Source: Eledone cirrhosa
Lineage: Eukaryota
Reading direction: 5' to 3'
Length of the DNA: 64,000 nt
Assembly: GCA_964016885.1 (NCBI GenBank)
Contig: OZ024743.1
Coordinates: 356,004,001 to 356,068,000 of the forward strand
Under the pieces are notes generated by a model. The model saw only the letters and a program-made list of their open reading frames with translations. It had not been told where the DNA came from and searched no databases. Position numbers and translations under genes: made by a program. The first letter of the stretch is position 1; each line of letters starts with the position of its first letter. Shown here piece after piece: positions 36,430 to 50,700 of the stretch.

Positions 36430-39400
36430 TGTGGTGGTCGTGATATTGGTTGTATGATATGATGTAATGATATTGGTAGTGTGATATGGTGGTAGTGATA
36501 TTGGTAGTGTGATATGGTGGTAGTGATATTGGTTGTGTGATATGGTGGTAGTGATATTGGTTGTGTGATATGGTGGTTGTAATATATGATCTAGTGATAA
36601 TGGTTGTGTGATATGGTGGTAGTGATATTGGTAGTGTGATATAGAGGTAGTGATATTTGTAGTGTGATATGGTGGTAGTGATATTGGTTGTGTGATATAG
36701 TGGTAGTAATATGATGTGGTGGTAGTGAATTCGGTTGTGTGATATGGTGGTTGTAATATGATGTGGTGGTAGTGATATTGGTTGTGTGATATAGTGGTAG
36801 TAATATGATGTGGTGGTAGTGATATTGGTTGTGTGATATAGTGGTAGCAATATGATGTGGTGGTAGTGATATTGGTTGTGTGATATAGTGGTTATGATAT
36901 GATATGGTGGTAGTGATATTGGTTGTGTGATATGGTGGTAGTGATATTGGTTGCATGATATAGTTGTTGTAATATGATATGGTGGTAGTGATATTGGTTG
37001 TGTGATATGGTGGTTGTAATATGATGTGATGGTAGTGATATTGGTTGTGTGATATGGTGGTAGTGATATTGGTTGTGTGATATGGTGGTTGTAATATGAT
37101 GTGGTGGTAGTGATATTGGTTGTGTGATATAGTGATTGTAATATGATGTGGTGGTAGTGATATTGATTGTGTGATATAGTGGTAGTGATATTGGTTGTGT
37201 GATATGGTGGGAGTGATATTGGTTGTGTGATATGGTGGTAGTGATATTGGTTGTATGATATAGTGGTAGTAATATGATGTGGTGGTAGTGATATTGGTTG
37301 TGTGATATAGTGGTTGTGATATGATATGGTGGTAGTGATATTGGTTGTGTGATATGGTGGTAGTGATATTGGTTGCATGATATAGTTGTTGTAATATGAT
37401 ATGGTGGTAGTGATATTGGTCGTGTGATATGGTGGTTGTAATATGATGTGATGGTAGTGATATTGGTTGTGTGATATGGTGGTAGTGATATTGGTTGTGT
37501 GATATAGTGATTGTAATATGATGTGGTGGTAGTGATATTGGTTGTGTGATATGGTGGTAGTGATATTGGTTGTGTGATATAGTGATTGTAATATGATATG
37601 GTGGTAGTGATATTGGTTGTGTGATATAGTGATTGTAATATGATATGGTGGTAGTGATATTGGTTGTGTGATATGGTGGTGGTGATATTGGTTGTGTGAT
37701 ATAGTGATTGTAATATGATATAGTGGTAGTGATATTGGTTGTGTGATATAGTGGTAGTAATATGATGTGGTGGTAGTGATATTGGTTGTGTGATATGGTG
37801 GTAGTGATATTGGTTGTGTGATATAGTCGTAGTAATATGATGTGGTGGTAGTGATATTGGTTGTGTGATATAGTGGTTGTGATATGATATGGTGGTAGTG
37901 ATATTGGTTGTGTGATATGGTGGTAGTGATATTGGTTGCATGATATAGTTGTTGTAATATGATATGGTGGTAGTGATATTGGTTGTGTGATATGGTGGTT
38001 GTAATATGATGTGATGGTAGTGATATTGGTTGTGTGATATGGTGGTAGTGATATTGGTTGTGTGATATGGTGGTTGTAATATGATGTGGTGGTAGTGATA
38101 TTGGTTGTGTGATATAGTGATTGTAATATGATGTGGTGGTAGTGATATTGATTGTGTGATATAGTGGTAGTGATATTGGTTGTGTGATATGGTGGGAGTG
38201 ATATTGGTTGTGTGATATGGTGGTAGTGATATTGGTTGTATGATATAGTGGTAGTAATATGATGTGGTGGTAGTGATATTGGTTGTGTGATATAGTGGTT
38301 GTGATATGATATGGTGGTAGTGATATTGGTTGTGTGATATGGTGGTAGTGATATTGGTTGCATGATATAGTTGTTGTAATATGATATGGTGGTAGTGATA
38401 TTGGTCGTGTGATATGGTGGTTGTAATATGATGTGATGGTAGTGATATTGGTTGTGTGATATGGTGGTAGTGATATTGGTTGTGTGATATAGTGATTGTA
38501 ATATGATGTGGTGGTAGTGATATTGGTTGTGTGATATGGTGGTAGTGATATTGGTTGTGTGATATAGTGATTGTAATATGATATGGTGGTAGTGATATTG
38601 GTTGTGTGATATAGTGATTGTAATATGATATGGTGGTAGTGATATTGGTTGTGTGATATGGTGGTGGTGATATTGGTTGTGTGATATAGTGATTGTAATA
38701 TGATATAGTGGTAGTGATATTGGTTGTGTGATATAGTGGTAGTAATATGATGTGGTGGTAGTGATATTGGTTGTGTGATATGGTGGTAGTGATATTGGTT
38801 GTGTGATATAGTCGTAGTAATATGATGTGGTGGTAGTGATATTGGTTGTGTGATATAGTGGTTGTGATATGATATGGTGGTAGTGATATTGGTTGTGTGA
38901 TATGGTGGTAGTGATATTGGTTGCATGATATAGTTGTTGTAATATGATATGGTGGTAGTGATATTGGTTGTGTGATATGGTGGTAGTGATATTGGTTGTG
39001 TGATATAGTGGTTGTAATACGATGTAGAGGTAGTGATATTGGTTGCGTGATATGGTGGTAGTGATATTGATTGTGTGATATGGTGGTTGTAATATGATGT
39101 GGTGGTAGTGATATTGGTTGTGTGATATAGTGGTTGTAATACGATGTAGAGGTAGTGATATTGGTTGCGTGATATGGTGGTAGTGATATTGATTGTGTGA
39201 TATGGTGGTTGTAATATGATGTGGTGGTAGTGATATTGGTTGTGTGATATAGTGGTTGTGATATGATATGGTGGTAGTGATATTGGTTGTGTGATATGGT
39301 GGTAGTGATATTGGTTACATGATATAGTTGTTGTAATATGATATGGTGGTAGTGATATTGGTTGTGTGATATGGTGGTTGTAATATGATGTGGTGGTAGT

Positions 39401-40085
39401 GATATTGGTTGTGTGATATGATGGTTGTAATATGATGTGGTGGTAGTGATATTGGTTGTGTGATATAGTGATTGTAATATGATGTGGTGGTAGTGATATT
39501 GGTTGTGTGATGTAGTGGTAGTAATATGATATGGTGGTAGTGATATTGGTTGTGTGATATGGTGGTAGTGATATTGGTTGTGTGATATGGTGGTTGTAAT
39601 ATGATGTGGTGGTAGTGATATTGGTTGCGTGATATGGTGGTTGTAATATGATGTGGTGGTAGTAATATTGGTTGCGTGATATAGTGGTTGTAATATGATG
39701 TGGTGGTAGTGATATTGGTTGTGTGATATGGTGGTTGTAATATGATGTGGTGGTAGTGATATTGGTTGTGTGATATGGTGGTAGTGATACTGGTTGTGTG
39801 ATATGGTGGTTGTAATATGATGTGGTGATAGTGATATTGGTGGTGTGATATGGTGATTCTAATATGATGTGGTGGTAGTGATATTGGTTGCGTGATATGG
39901 TGGTTGTAATATGATGTGGTGGTAGTGATATTGGTTGCGTGATATGGTGGTTGTAATATGATGTGGTGGTAGTGATATTGTTTGCGTGATATGGTGGTAG
40001 TGATATTGGTTGTGTGATATGGTGGTTGCAATATGACGTGGTAGTACTGATGTTGGTTGTGTGATATAGTGATTGTAATATGTAG
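36430..40085 (+). repeat. Satellite 2: mixed 28-bp / 47-bp tandem array
   Basis: 28-bp unit GGTGGTAGTGATATTGGTTGTGTGATAT, optionally extended by a 19-bp (A/G)GTGGTTGTAATATGATGT segment. Confidence 0.95.
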
Positions 40086-40169
40086 TGGTAGTAGCGGTCT
40101 GAAGTATTAGAACTTAGCTGATTAATTGTATTGTTTTAGTATTGGTTATAGTATTGTACTCTCAGCTGT

Positions 40170-40620
40170 TGAACCCTCTCAATACTATGATTCTAATGAA
40201 ATACACTCCCTATGTGTTTCAATTAATTTTGAAAATAATAAAACCTTTGGAGAAAATTTAATAAAATAATTAAGTTTTTCATTAGAAATCTAATATTTAG
40301 AACATTACTTAACAAAAATTTCTTTTAAAAAATTATGAAAGGTTGATAAACATTTTTAACCCTTTAGCATTTACATTACTCTATATTTACTATTGTATTT
40401 TCATGGTAAACACTTTATTTCACATAATTACCCCACATAATATCAAAAGTACAAGATTTTGATATTATTTATTTTGAGAACAATCCCTTAACTTAAGTAT
40501 CAGCAGCTGGTTATGGTCAGTTTGAACAGAAAGAGGTGAGAGGATTTTGGCTGGATACGGCTGGTTTAAATAGCCAGTTTTATATCATAGTTTCAGGCAG
40601 TTTGGTTACAAAAGGGTTAA
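40170..40620 (+). mobile_element. MITE family B hosting a nested MITE A
   Basis: TGAA-CCCT ... AAAGGG-TTAA ends; contains TTTCAATTAATTTTGAAAATAAT; interrupted at 40356. Confidence 0.65.
40356..40571 (+). mobile_element. MITE family A (right TIR lost)
   Basis: TTAA-CCCTTTAGCATTTACATTACTC...GGCTGGTTTAAAT, lacking the final GCTAAAGGG. Confidence 0.82.
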
Positions 40621-40989
40621 TGACTATAAAACAGGAGTAAGTTCCAGGCTTTGCCCAACATTCAGATGCTGACTCTAAAGCAATAACTAACAGCAATACT
40701 ATGAACAGATTCCTCATTGCAGATCTGTGTGTGGAATATGGTGATCATCACCTAGATCCTAGATTCAGAGATAACTGGGAAAACAGAGGTGTGGGTTCAG
40801 GGCTAGTCTTTAGAAGTAAAAGGCCCAACTGGGTGTTTATATATAATATGGAGTTGTGACTGACAGATAGTATTAACAATTGGAAAGACCAATGGAAACA
40901 TTGTTTCTTCGGTCCAATTTGACGAGCTCCACCCCTAGTCATTAAGCGAATGGGGTCTAGGGGATCTTGTTGATCGACTATCAATATAT

Positions 40990-41162
40990 ATATAAATGTG
41001 GTTGGTGTTAGGAAGGGCATCAAGCTGTAGAAAACCTGCCAGATAGTCCTATATGAACGAGACACAGTCACCCGACCAACCTTGCCTCAAGTGGTACAAC
41101 TCCCGCCTAACCCATGCTAGCGTGGAAGATGGACGTTAAACAAAAATGATGATGATGATGAT
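40990..41162 (+). mobile_element. SINE-like family 3, 3' part
   Basis: GTGGTTGGTGTTAGGAAGGGCATC...CCATGCTAGCGTGGAAGATGGACGTTAAAC...(GAT)n. Confidence 0.82.
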
Positions 41163-41739
41163 ATATATATATATATACATATATATTGCATTGTGTTATA
41201 TTGTGTGTACTTAATGAGCCAAGAGTATACCATCACCACCACCCACACCATAACTAACTCCACTGATATCACCAACAACTCTATTGTGACCACTACCACC
41301 AACAACAACTAACATCAACATCACCAAACCACCACAGACAGATAAACAAACCAGCAGTTTGTATTTCAATTAATGGTATTTTCTCTGTGTTGCCTACCAT
41401 AAGGAGTCACAAGACAAAAGAGCTAACACTCCCACCACCTCCTTCTCTCTTATACTCCCACTACCAACATTACTAACAAGAATGACAAATTATTCCTCTA
41501 CCACCCGCAAAACCACCACCCCTACCACCCGCACCACCACCACCACCAGAACCACTTCCTACAATGTTATCAAAACCAACATAACACATTACACAATAGA
41601 TGTCAGCTAATTTCTTGGTGATTGTGGTCATTGTGTAATGATGGGAGTGAGGGGAGGGTGACAAATCAGTGTAAATGAGGTGGTGGTAGGGGGGGTAATG
41701 ATGCTAACATTATAATGGTAATGGTGGTGGTGGTGGGGA

Positions 41740-44700
41740 GGGTGACGATACTGTGTATAAGAGGTGGTGGTGGTGGAGGGTGAAATGCTAACTGTGAAAT
41801 GGTGGTGCTGGTGGAGGGTGAAATGCTAACTGTGAAATGGTGGTGGTGGAGGGTGACAATGCTAACTGTGTGGTGGTGGTGGAGGGTGACAATACTAACT
41901 GTGTAATGGTGGTGGTGGTGGTGGTGGGTGACAATGCTAACTGTGTAATGGTGGTGGAGGTGGAGGGTGACAATGATAACTGTGTAGTGGTGGTGGTGGA
42001 GGGTGACAATACTAACTGTGTAATGGTGGTGGTGGTGGAGGGTGACAATGGTAACTGTGTGGTGGTGGTGGAGGGTGACAATACTAACTGTGTAATGGTG
42101 GTGGTGGTGGAGGGTGATAATGCTAACTGTGTGGTGGTGGTGGTGGTGGAGGGTGACAATACTAACTGTGTAATGGTGGTGGTGGTGGAGGGTGATAATG
42201 CTAACTGTGTAATGGTGGTGGAGGGTGACAATGCTAACTGTGTAATGGTGGTGGTGGTGGAGGGTGACAATGCTAACTGTGTGGTGGTGGTGGTGGGTGA
42301 CAATGCTAACTGTGTAATGGTGGTGGTGGTGGAGGGTGACAATGCTAACTGTGTAATGGTGGTGGTGGTGGAGGGTGACAATGCTAACTGTGTAATGGTG
42401 GTGGTGGTGGAGGGTGACAATGCTAACTGTGTAATGGTGGTGGTGGTGGTGGAGGGTGACAATGCTAACTGTGTAATGGTGGTGGTGGTGGAGGGTGACA
42501 ATGCTAACTGTGTAATGGTGGTGGTGGTGGAGGGTGACAATGCTAACTGTGTAATGGTGGTGGTGGTGGTGGAGGGTGACAATGGTAACTGTGTAATGGT
42601 GGTGGGTGACAATGGTAACTGTGTAATGGTGGTGGTGGTGGTGGGTGACAGTGGTAACTGTGTAATGGTGGTGGAGGTGGGTGACAATGCTAACTGTGTA
42701 ATGGTGGTGGTGGTGGTGGGTGACAATGGTAACTGTGTAATGGTGGTGGAGGTGGGTGACAATGCTAACTGTGTAATGGTGGTGGTGGTGGAGGGTGACA
42801 ATACTAACTGTGTAATGGTGGTGGTGGTGGAGGGTGACAATGGTAACTGTGTAATGGTGGTGGTGGTGGTGGAGGGTGACAATGCTAACTGTGTAATGGT
42901 GGTGGTGGAGGAGGGTGACAATGCTAACTGTGTAATGGTGGTGGTGGTGGTGGAGGGTGACAATGGTAACTGTGTAATGGTGGTGGTGGAGGGTGACAAT
43001 GGTAACTGTGTAATGGTGGTGGTGGTGGTGGAGGGTGACAATGCTAACTGTGTAATGGTGGTGGTGGTGGAGGGTGACAATGCTAACTGTGTAATGGTGG
43101 TGGAGGGTGACAATGCTAACAGTGTAATGGTGGTGGTGGTGGAGGGTGACAATGCTAACTGTGTAATGGTGGTGGTGGTGGAGGGTGACAATGCTAACTG
43201 TGTAATGGTGGTGGAGGGTGATAATGCTAACTGTGTAATGGTGGTGGTGGTGGAGGGTGACAATGCTAACTGTGTAATGGTGGTGGTGGTGGTGGAGGGT
43301 GACAATGGTAACTGTGTAATGGTGGTGGTGGAGGGTGACAATGGTAACTGTGTAATGGTGGTGGTGGTGGAGGGTGACAATGCTAACTGTGTAATGGTGG
43401 TGGTGGTGGAGGGTGACAATGCTAACTGTGTAATGGTGGTGGAGGGTGACAATGGTAACTGTGTAATGGTGGTGGTGGTGGTGGAAGGTGACAATGCTAA
43501 CTGTGTAATGGTGGTGGTGGTGGAGGGTGACAATGCTAACTGTGTAATGGTGGTGGTGGGTGACAATGGTAACTGTGTAATGGTGGTGGTGGTGGTGGTG
43601 GAGGGTGACAATGCTAACTGTGTAATGGTGGTGGTGGAGGGTGACAATGCTAACTGTGTAATGGTGGTGGTGGGTGACAATGGTAACTGTGTAATGGTGG
43701 TGGTGGTGGTGGAGGGTGACAATGCTAACTGTGTAATGGTGGTGGTGGTGGAGGGTGACAATGCTAACTGTGTAATGGTGGTGGTGGTGGAGGGTGACAA
43801 TGCTAACTGTGTAATGGTGGTGGAGGGTGACAATGGTAACTGTGTAATGGTGGTGGTGGTGGTGGAGGGTGACAATGCTAACTGTGTAATGGTGGTGGTG
43901 GTGGAGGGTGACAATGCTAACTGTGTAATGGTGGTGGTGGTGGAGGGTGACAATGGTAACTGTGTAATGGTGGTGGTGGTGGTGGAGGGTCACAATGCTA
44001 ACTGTGTAATGGTGGTGGTGGTGGTGGAGGGTGACAATGCTAACTGTGTAATGGTGGTGGTGGTGGTGGAGGGTGACAATGCTAACTGTGTAATGGTGGT
44101 GGTGATGGTGGGTGACAATGGTAACTGTGTAATGGTGGTGGAGGTGGGTGACAATGGTAACTGTGTAATGGTGGTGGTGGTGGTGGAGGGTGACAATACT
44201 AACTGTGTAATGGTGGTGGTGGTGGAGGGTGACAATGGTAACTGTGTAATGGTGGTGGTGGTGGAGGGTGACAATGGTAACTGTGTAATGGTGGTGGTGG
44301 TGGTGGAGGGTGACAATACTAACTGTGTAATGGTGGTGGTGGTGGAGGGTGACAATGGTAACTGTGTAATGGTGGTGGTGGTGGAGGGTGACAATGGTAA
44401 CTGTGTAATGGTGGTGGTGGTGGTGGAGGGTGACAATACTAACTGTGTAATGGTGGTGGTGGTGGAGGGTGACAATGGTAACTGTGTAATGGTGGTGGTG
44501 GTGGAGGGTGACAATGGTAACTGTGTAATGGTGGTGGAGGTGGGTGACAATACTAACTGTGTAATGGTGGTGGTGGTGGAGGGTGACAATACTAACTGTG
44601 TAATGGTGGTGGTGGTGGAGGGTGACAATGGTAACTGTGTAAAGGTGGTGGTGGTGGAGGGTGAGAATGGTAACTGTGTAATGGTGGTGGTGGTGGAGGG

Positions 44701-47700
44701 TGACAATACTAACTGTGTAATGGTGGTGGTGGTGGAGGGTGACAATACTAACTGTGTAATGGTGGTGGTGGTGGAGGGTGACAATGGTAACTGTGTAATG
44801 GTGGTGGTGGTGGTGGAGGGTGACAATACTAACTGTGTAATGGTGGTGGTGGTGGAGGGTGACAATGGTAACTGTGTAATGGTGGTGGTGGTGGAGGGTG
44901 ACAATGGTAACTGTGTAATGGTGGTGGAGGTGGGTGACAATGCTAACTGTGTAATGGTGGTGGTGGTGGAGGGTGACAATACTAACTGTGTAATGGTGGT
45001 GGTGGTGGAGGGTGACAATGCTAACTGTGTAATGGTGGTGGTGGTGGAGGTTGATAATGCTAACTGTGTAATGGTGGTGGTGGTGGAGGGTGACAATGGT
45101 AACTGTGTAATGGTGGTGGTGGTGGAGGGTGACAATGCTAACTGTGTAATGGTGGTGGTGGTGGTGGAGGGTGACAATGGTAACTGTGTAATGGTGGTGG
45201 TGGTGGAGGGTGACAATGGTAACTGTGTAATGGTGGTGGTGGTGGTGGAGGGTGACAATGCTAACTGTGTAATGGTGGTGGAGGGTGATAATGCTAACTG
45301 TGTAATGGTGGTGGTGGTGGAGGGTGACAATACTAACTGTGTAATGGTGGTGGTGGTGGAGGGTGACAATGGTAACTGTGTAATGGTGGTGGTGGTGGTG
45401 GAGGGTGACAATGCTAACTGTGTAATGGTGGTGGAGGGTGATAATGCTAACTGTGTAATGGTGGTGGTGGTGGAGGGTGACAATGGTAACTGTGTAATGG
45501 TGGTGGTGGTGGAGGGTGACAATGCTAACTGTGTAATGGTGGTGGTGGTGGTGGAGGGTGACAATGGTAACTGTGTAATGGTGGTGGTGGTGGAGGGTGA
45601 CAATGGTAACTGTGTAATGGTGGTGGTGGTGGTGGGTGACAATGCTAACTGTGTAATGGTGGTGGTGGTGGAGGGTGACAATGGTAACTGTGTAATGGTG
45701 GTGGTGGTGGAGGGTGACAATGGTAACTGTGTAATGGTGGTGGTGGTGGAGGGTGACAATGCTAACTGTGTAATGGTGGTGGTGGTGGTGGAGGGTGACA
45801 ATGCTAACTGTGTAATGGTGGTGGTGGTGGAGGGTGACAATGGTAACTGTGTAGTGCTGGTGGTGGGTGACAATGCTAACTGTGTAATGGTGGTGGTGGT
45901 GGTGGGTGACAATGCTAACTGTGTGGTGGTGGTGGAGGGTGACAGTGGTAACTGTGTGGTGGTGGTGGTGGTGGAGGGTGACAATGGTAACTGTGTAATG
46001 GTGGTGGTGGTGGAGGGTGATAATGCTAACTGTGTAATGGTGGTGGTGGTGGTGGAGGGTGACAATGCTAACTGTGTAATGGTGGTGGTGGTGGAGGGTG
46101 ACAATGGTAACTGTGTAGTGCTGGTGGTGGGTGACAATGCTAACTGTGTAATGGTGGTGGTGGTGGTGGGTGACAATGCTAACTGTGTGGTGGTGGTGGT
46201 GGTGGAGGGTGACAATGGTAACTGTGTGGTGGTGGTGGTGGTGGAGGGTGACAATGGTAACTGTGTAATGGTGGTGGTGGTGGAGGGTGATAATGCAAAC
46301 TGTGTAATGGTGGTGGTGGTGGAGGGTGATAATGGTAACTGTGTAATGGTGGTGGTGGTGGAGGGTGACAATGGTAACTGTGTGGTGGTGGTGGTGGTGG
46401 TGGGTGAAAATGCTAACTGTGTAATGGTGGTGGTGGTGGTGGTGGAGGGTGATAATGGTAACTGTGTGGTGGTGGTGGTGGTGGTGGGTGACAATGGTAA
46501 CTGTGTAATGGTGGTGGTGGTGGTGGGTGACAATGGTAACTGTGAAATGGTGGTGGTGGTGGAGGGTGACAATGGTAACTGGGTAATGGTGGTGGTGGTG
46601 GGTGACAATGGTAACTGTGTAATGGTGGTGGTGGTGGAGGGTGACAATGGTAACTGTGTAATGGTGGTGGTGGTGGTGGTGGGTGACAATGGTAACTGTG
46701 TAATGGTGGTGGTGGTGGAGGGTGACAATGGTAACTGTGTAATGGTGGTGGTGGTGGTGGTGGGTGACAATGGTAACTGTGAAATGGTGGTGGTGGTGGA
46801 GGGTGACAATGGTAACTGTGTAATGGTGGTGGTGGTGGTGGTGGGTGACAATGGTAACTGTGTAATGGTGGTGGTGGTGGAGGGTGACAATGGTAACTGT
46901 GTAATGGTGGTGGTGGTGGTGGAGGGTGAAAATGATAACTGTGTAATGGTGGTGGTGGTGGTGGAGGGTGACAATGGTAACTGTGAAATGGTGGTGGTGG
47001 TGGGTGACAATGCTAACTGTGTAATGGTGGTGGTGGTGGTGGTGGGTGACAATGGTAACTGTGAAATGGTGGTGGTGGTGGAGGGTGACAATGGTAACTG
47101 TGTAATGGTGGTGGTGGTGGAGGGTGACAATGCTAACTGTGTAATGGTGGTGGTGGTGGTGGAGGGTGAAAATGGTAACTGTGAAATGGTGGTGGTGGTG
47201 GTGGTGGGTGACAATGCTAACTGTGTAATGGTGGTGGTGGTGGTGGTGGGTGACAACGGTAACTGTGAAATGGTGGTGGTGGTGGAGGGTGACAATGGTA
47301 ACTGTGTAATGGTGGTGGTGGTGGTGGTGGGTGAAAATGGTAACTGTGTAATGGTGGTGGTGGAGGGTGACAATGGTAACTGTGTAATGGTGGTGGAGGT
47401 GGGTGACAATGGTAACTGTGTAATGGTGGTGGTGGTGGTGGGTGACAATGGTAACTGTGTAATGGTGGTGGTGGTGGTGGTGGGTGACAATGGTAACTGT
47501 GTAATGGTGGTGGTGGTAGTGGTGGTGGGTGACAATGGTAACTGTGTGGTGGTGGTGGTAGTGGTGGAGGGTGACAATGGTAACTGTGTAATGGTGGTGG
47601 TGGAGGGTGACAATGGTAACTGTGTAATGGTGGTGGTGGTGGAGGGTGACAATGCTAACTGTGTAATGGTGGTGGTGGTGGGTGACAATGGTAACTGTGT

Positions 47701-50700
47701 GGTGGTGGTGGTAGTGGTGGAGGGTGACAATGGTAACTGTGTGGTGGTGGTGGTGGTGGAGGGTGACAATGCTAACTGTGTGGTGGTGGTGGTGGAGGGT
47801 GACAATGCTAACTGTGTGGTGGTGGTGGTGGTGGAGGGTGACGATGGTAACTGTGTGGTGGTGGTGGAGGGTGACAATGGTAACTGTGTAATGGTGGTGG
47901 TGGTGGTGGTGGGTGACAATGCTAACTGTGTAATGGTGGTGGTGGTGGTGGTGGGTGACAATGGTAACTGTGTGGTGGTGGTGGTAGTGGTGGAGGGTGA
48001 CAATGGTAACTGTGTAATGGTGGTGGTGGTGGTGGAGGGTGACAATGCTAACTGTGTAATGGTGGTGGGTGACAATAGTAACTGTGTAATGGTGGTGGTG
48101 GTGGTGGAGGGTAACAATGCTAACTGTGTAATGGTGGTGGTGGTGGTGGTGGGTGACAATGGTAACTGTGAAATGGTGGTGGTGGTGGTGGGTGACAATG
48201 GTAACTGTGTAATGGTGGTGGTGGTGGAGGGTGACAATGCTAACTGTGTAATGGTGGTGGTGGTGGTGGTGGGTGACAATGGTAACTGTGAAATGGTGGT
48301 GGTGGTGGTGGGTGACAATGGTAACTGTGTAATGGTGGTGGTGGTGGTGGGTGACAATACTAACTGTGTAATGGTGATGGTGGTGGTGGAGGGTGACACT
48401 GCTAACTGTGTAATGGTGGTGGTGGTGGAGGGTGACAATGGTAATTGTGTAATGGTGGTGGAGGGTGACAATGGTAATTGTGTAATGGTGGTGGAGGGTG
48501 ACACTGCTAACTGTGTAATGGTGGTGGTGGTGGTGGTGGGTGACAATGGTAACTGTGTGGTGGTGGTGGTAGTGGTGGAGGGTGACAATGGTAACTGTGT
48601 AATGGTGGTGGTGGTGGTGGACAATGCTAACTGTGTAATGGTGGTGGTGGTGGGTGACAATAGTAACTGTGTAATGGTGGTGGAGGGTAACAATGCTAAC
48701 TGTGTAATGGTGGTGGTGGTGGGTGACAATGGTAACTGTGTAATGGTGGTGGTGGTGGAGGGTGACAATGCTAACTGTGTAATGGTGGTGGTGGTGGAGG
48801 GTGACAATGCTAACTGTGTAATGGTGGTGGTGGTGGAGGGTGACAATGGTAACTGTGTAATGGTGGTGGTGGTGGGTGACAATGGTAACTGTGTAATGGT
48901 GGTGGTGGTGGTGGTGGGTGACAATGGTAACTGTGTAATGGTGGTGGTGGTGGAGGGTGACAATGGTAACTGTGTAATGGTGGTGGTGGTGGTGGTGGTG
49001 GGTGACAATGGTAACTGTGTAATGGTGGTGGTGGTGGTGGTGGGTGACAATGGTAACTGTGTAATGGTGGTGGTGGTGGAGGGTGACAATGGTAACTGTG
49101 TAATGGTGGTGGTGGTGGAGGGTGACACTGCTAACTGTGTCATGGTGGTGGAGGGTGACAATGCTAACTGTGTAATGGTGGTGGTGGTGGAGGGTGACAA
49201 TACTAACTGTGTAATGGTGGTGGTGGTGGAGGGTGACAATGCTAACTGTGTAATGGTGGTGGTGGTGGAGGGTGACAATACTAACTGTGTAATGGTGGTG
49301 GTGGTGGAGGGTGATAATGCTAACTGTGTCATGGTGGTGGAGGGTGACAATGCTAACTGTGTAATGGTGGTGGTGGTGGAGGGTGACAATGCTAACTGTG
49401 TAATGGTGGTGGTGGTGGAGGGTGACAATACTAACTGTGTAATGGTGGTGGTGGTGGAGGGTGACAATGCTAACTGTGTGGTGGTGGTGGTGGTGGAGGG
49501 TGACAATGCTAACTGTGTAATGGTGGTGGAGGGTGACAATGCTAACAGTGTAATGGTGGTGGTGGTGGTGGAGGGTGACAATGGTAACTGTGTAATGGTG
49601 GTGGTGGTGGTGGAGGGTGACAATGGTAACTGTGTAATGGTGGTGGTGGTGGTGGGTGACAATGCTAACTGTGTAATGGTGGTGGTGGTGGTGGGTGACA
49701 ATGGTAACTGTGAAATGGTGGTGGTGGTGGAGGGTGACAATGGTAACTGTGTAATGGTGGTGGTGGTGGTGGTGGGTGACAATGGTAACTGTGTAATGGT
49801 GGTGGTGGTGGAGGGTGACAATGGTAACTGTGTAATGGTGGTGGTGGTGGTGGAGGGTGAAAATGATAACTGTGTAATGGTGGTGGTGGTGGTGGAGGGT
49901 GACAATGGTAACTGTGAAATGGTGGTGGTGGTGGTGGTGGGTGACAATGCTAACTGTGTAATGGTGGTGGTGGTGGTGGTGGGTGACAATGGTAACTGTG
50001 AAATGGTGGTGGTGGTGGAGGGTGACAATGGTAACTGTGTAATGGTGGTGGTGGTGGAGGGTGACAATGCTAACTGTGTAATGGTGGTGGTGGTGGTGGA
50101 GGGTGAAAATGGTAACTGTGAAATGGTGGTGGTGGTGGTGGTGGGTGACAATGCTAACTGTGTAATGGTGGTGGTGGTGGTGGTGGGTGACAACGGTAAC
50201 TGTGAAATGGTGGTGGTGGTGGAGGGTGACAATGGTAACTGTGTAATGGTGGTGGTGGTGGTGGTGGGTGAAAATGGTAACTGTGTAATGGTGGTGGTGG
50301 AGGGTGACAATGGTAACTGTGTAATGGTGGTGGTGGTGGAGGTGGGTGACAATGGTAACTGTGTAATGGTGGTGGTGGTGGTGGTGGGTGACAATGGTAA
50401 CTGTGTAATGGTGGTGGTGGTGGTGGTGGTGGGTGACAATGGTAACTGTGTAATGGTGGTGGTGGTAGTGGTGGTGGGTGACAATGGTAACTGTGTGGTG
50501 GTGGTGGTAGTGGTGGAGGGTGACAATGGTAACTGTGTAATGGTGGTGGTGGAGGGTGACAATGGTAACTGTGTAATGGTGGTGGTGGTGGAGGGTGACA
50601 ATGCTAACTGTGTAATGGTGGTGGTGGTGGGTGACAATGGTAACTGTGTGGTGGTGGTGGTAGTGGTGGAGGGTGACAATGGTAACTGTGTGGTGGTGGT

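Noticed and set aside
28369-40031. Thr/His/Ile-rich minus-strand ORFs
   Set aside because: Translations of satellites 1 and 2; 22-, 28- and 47-bp units shift frame constantly.
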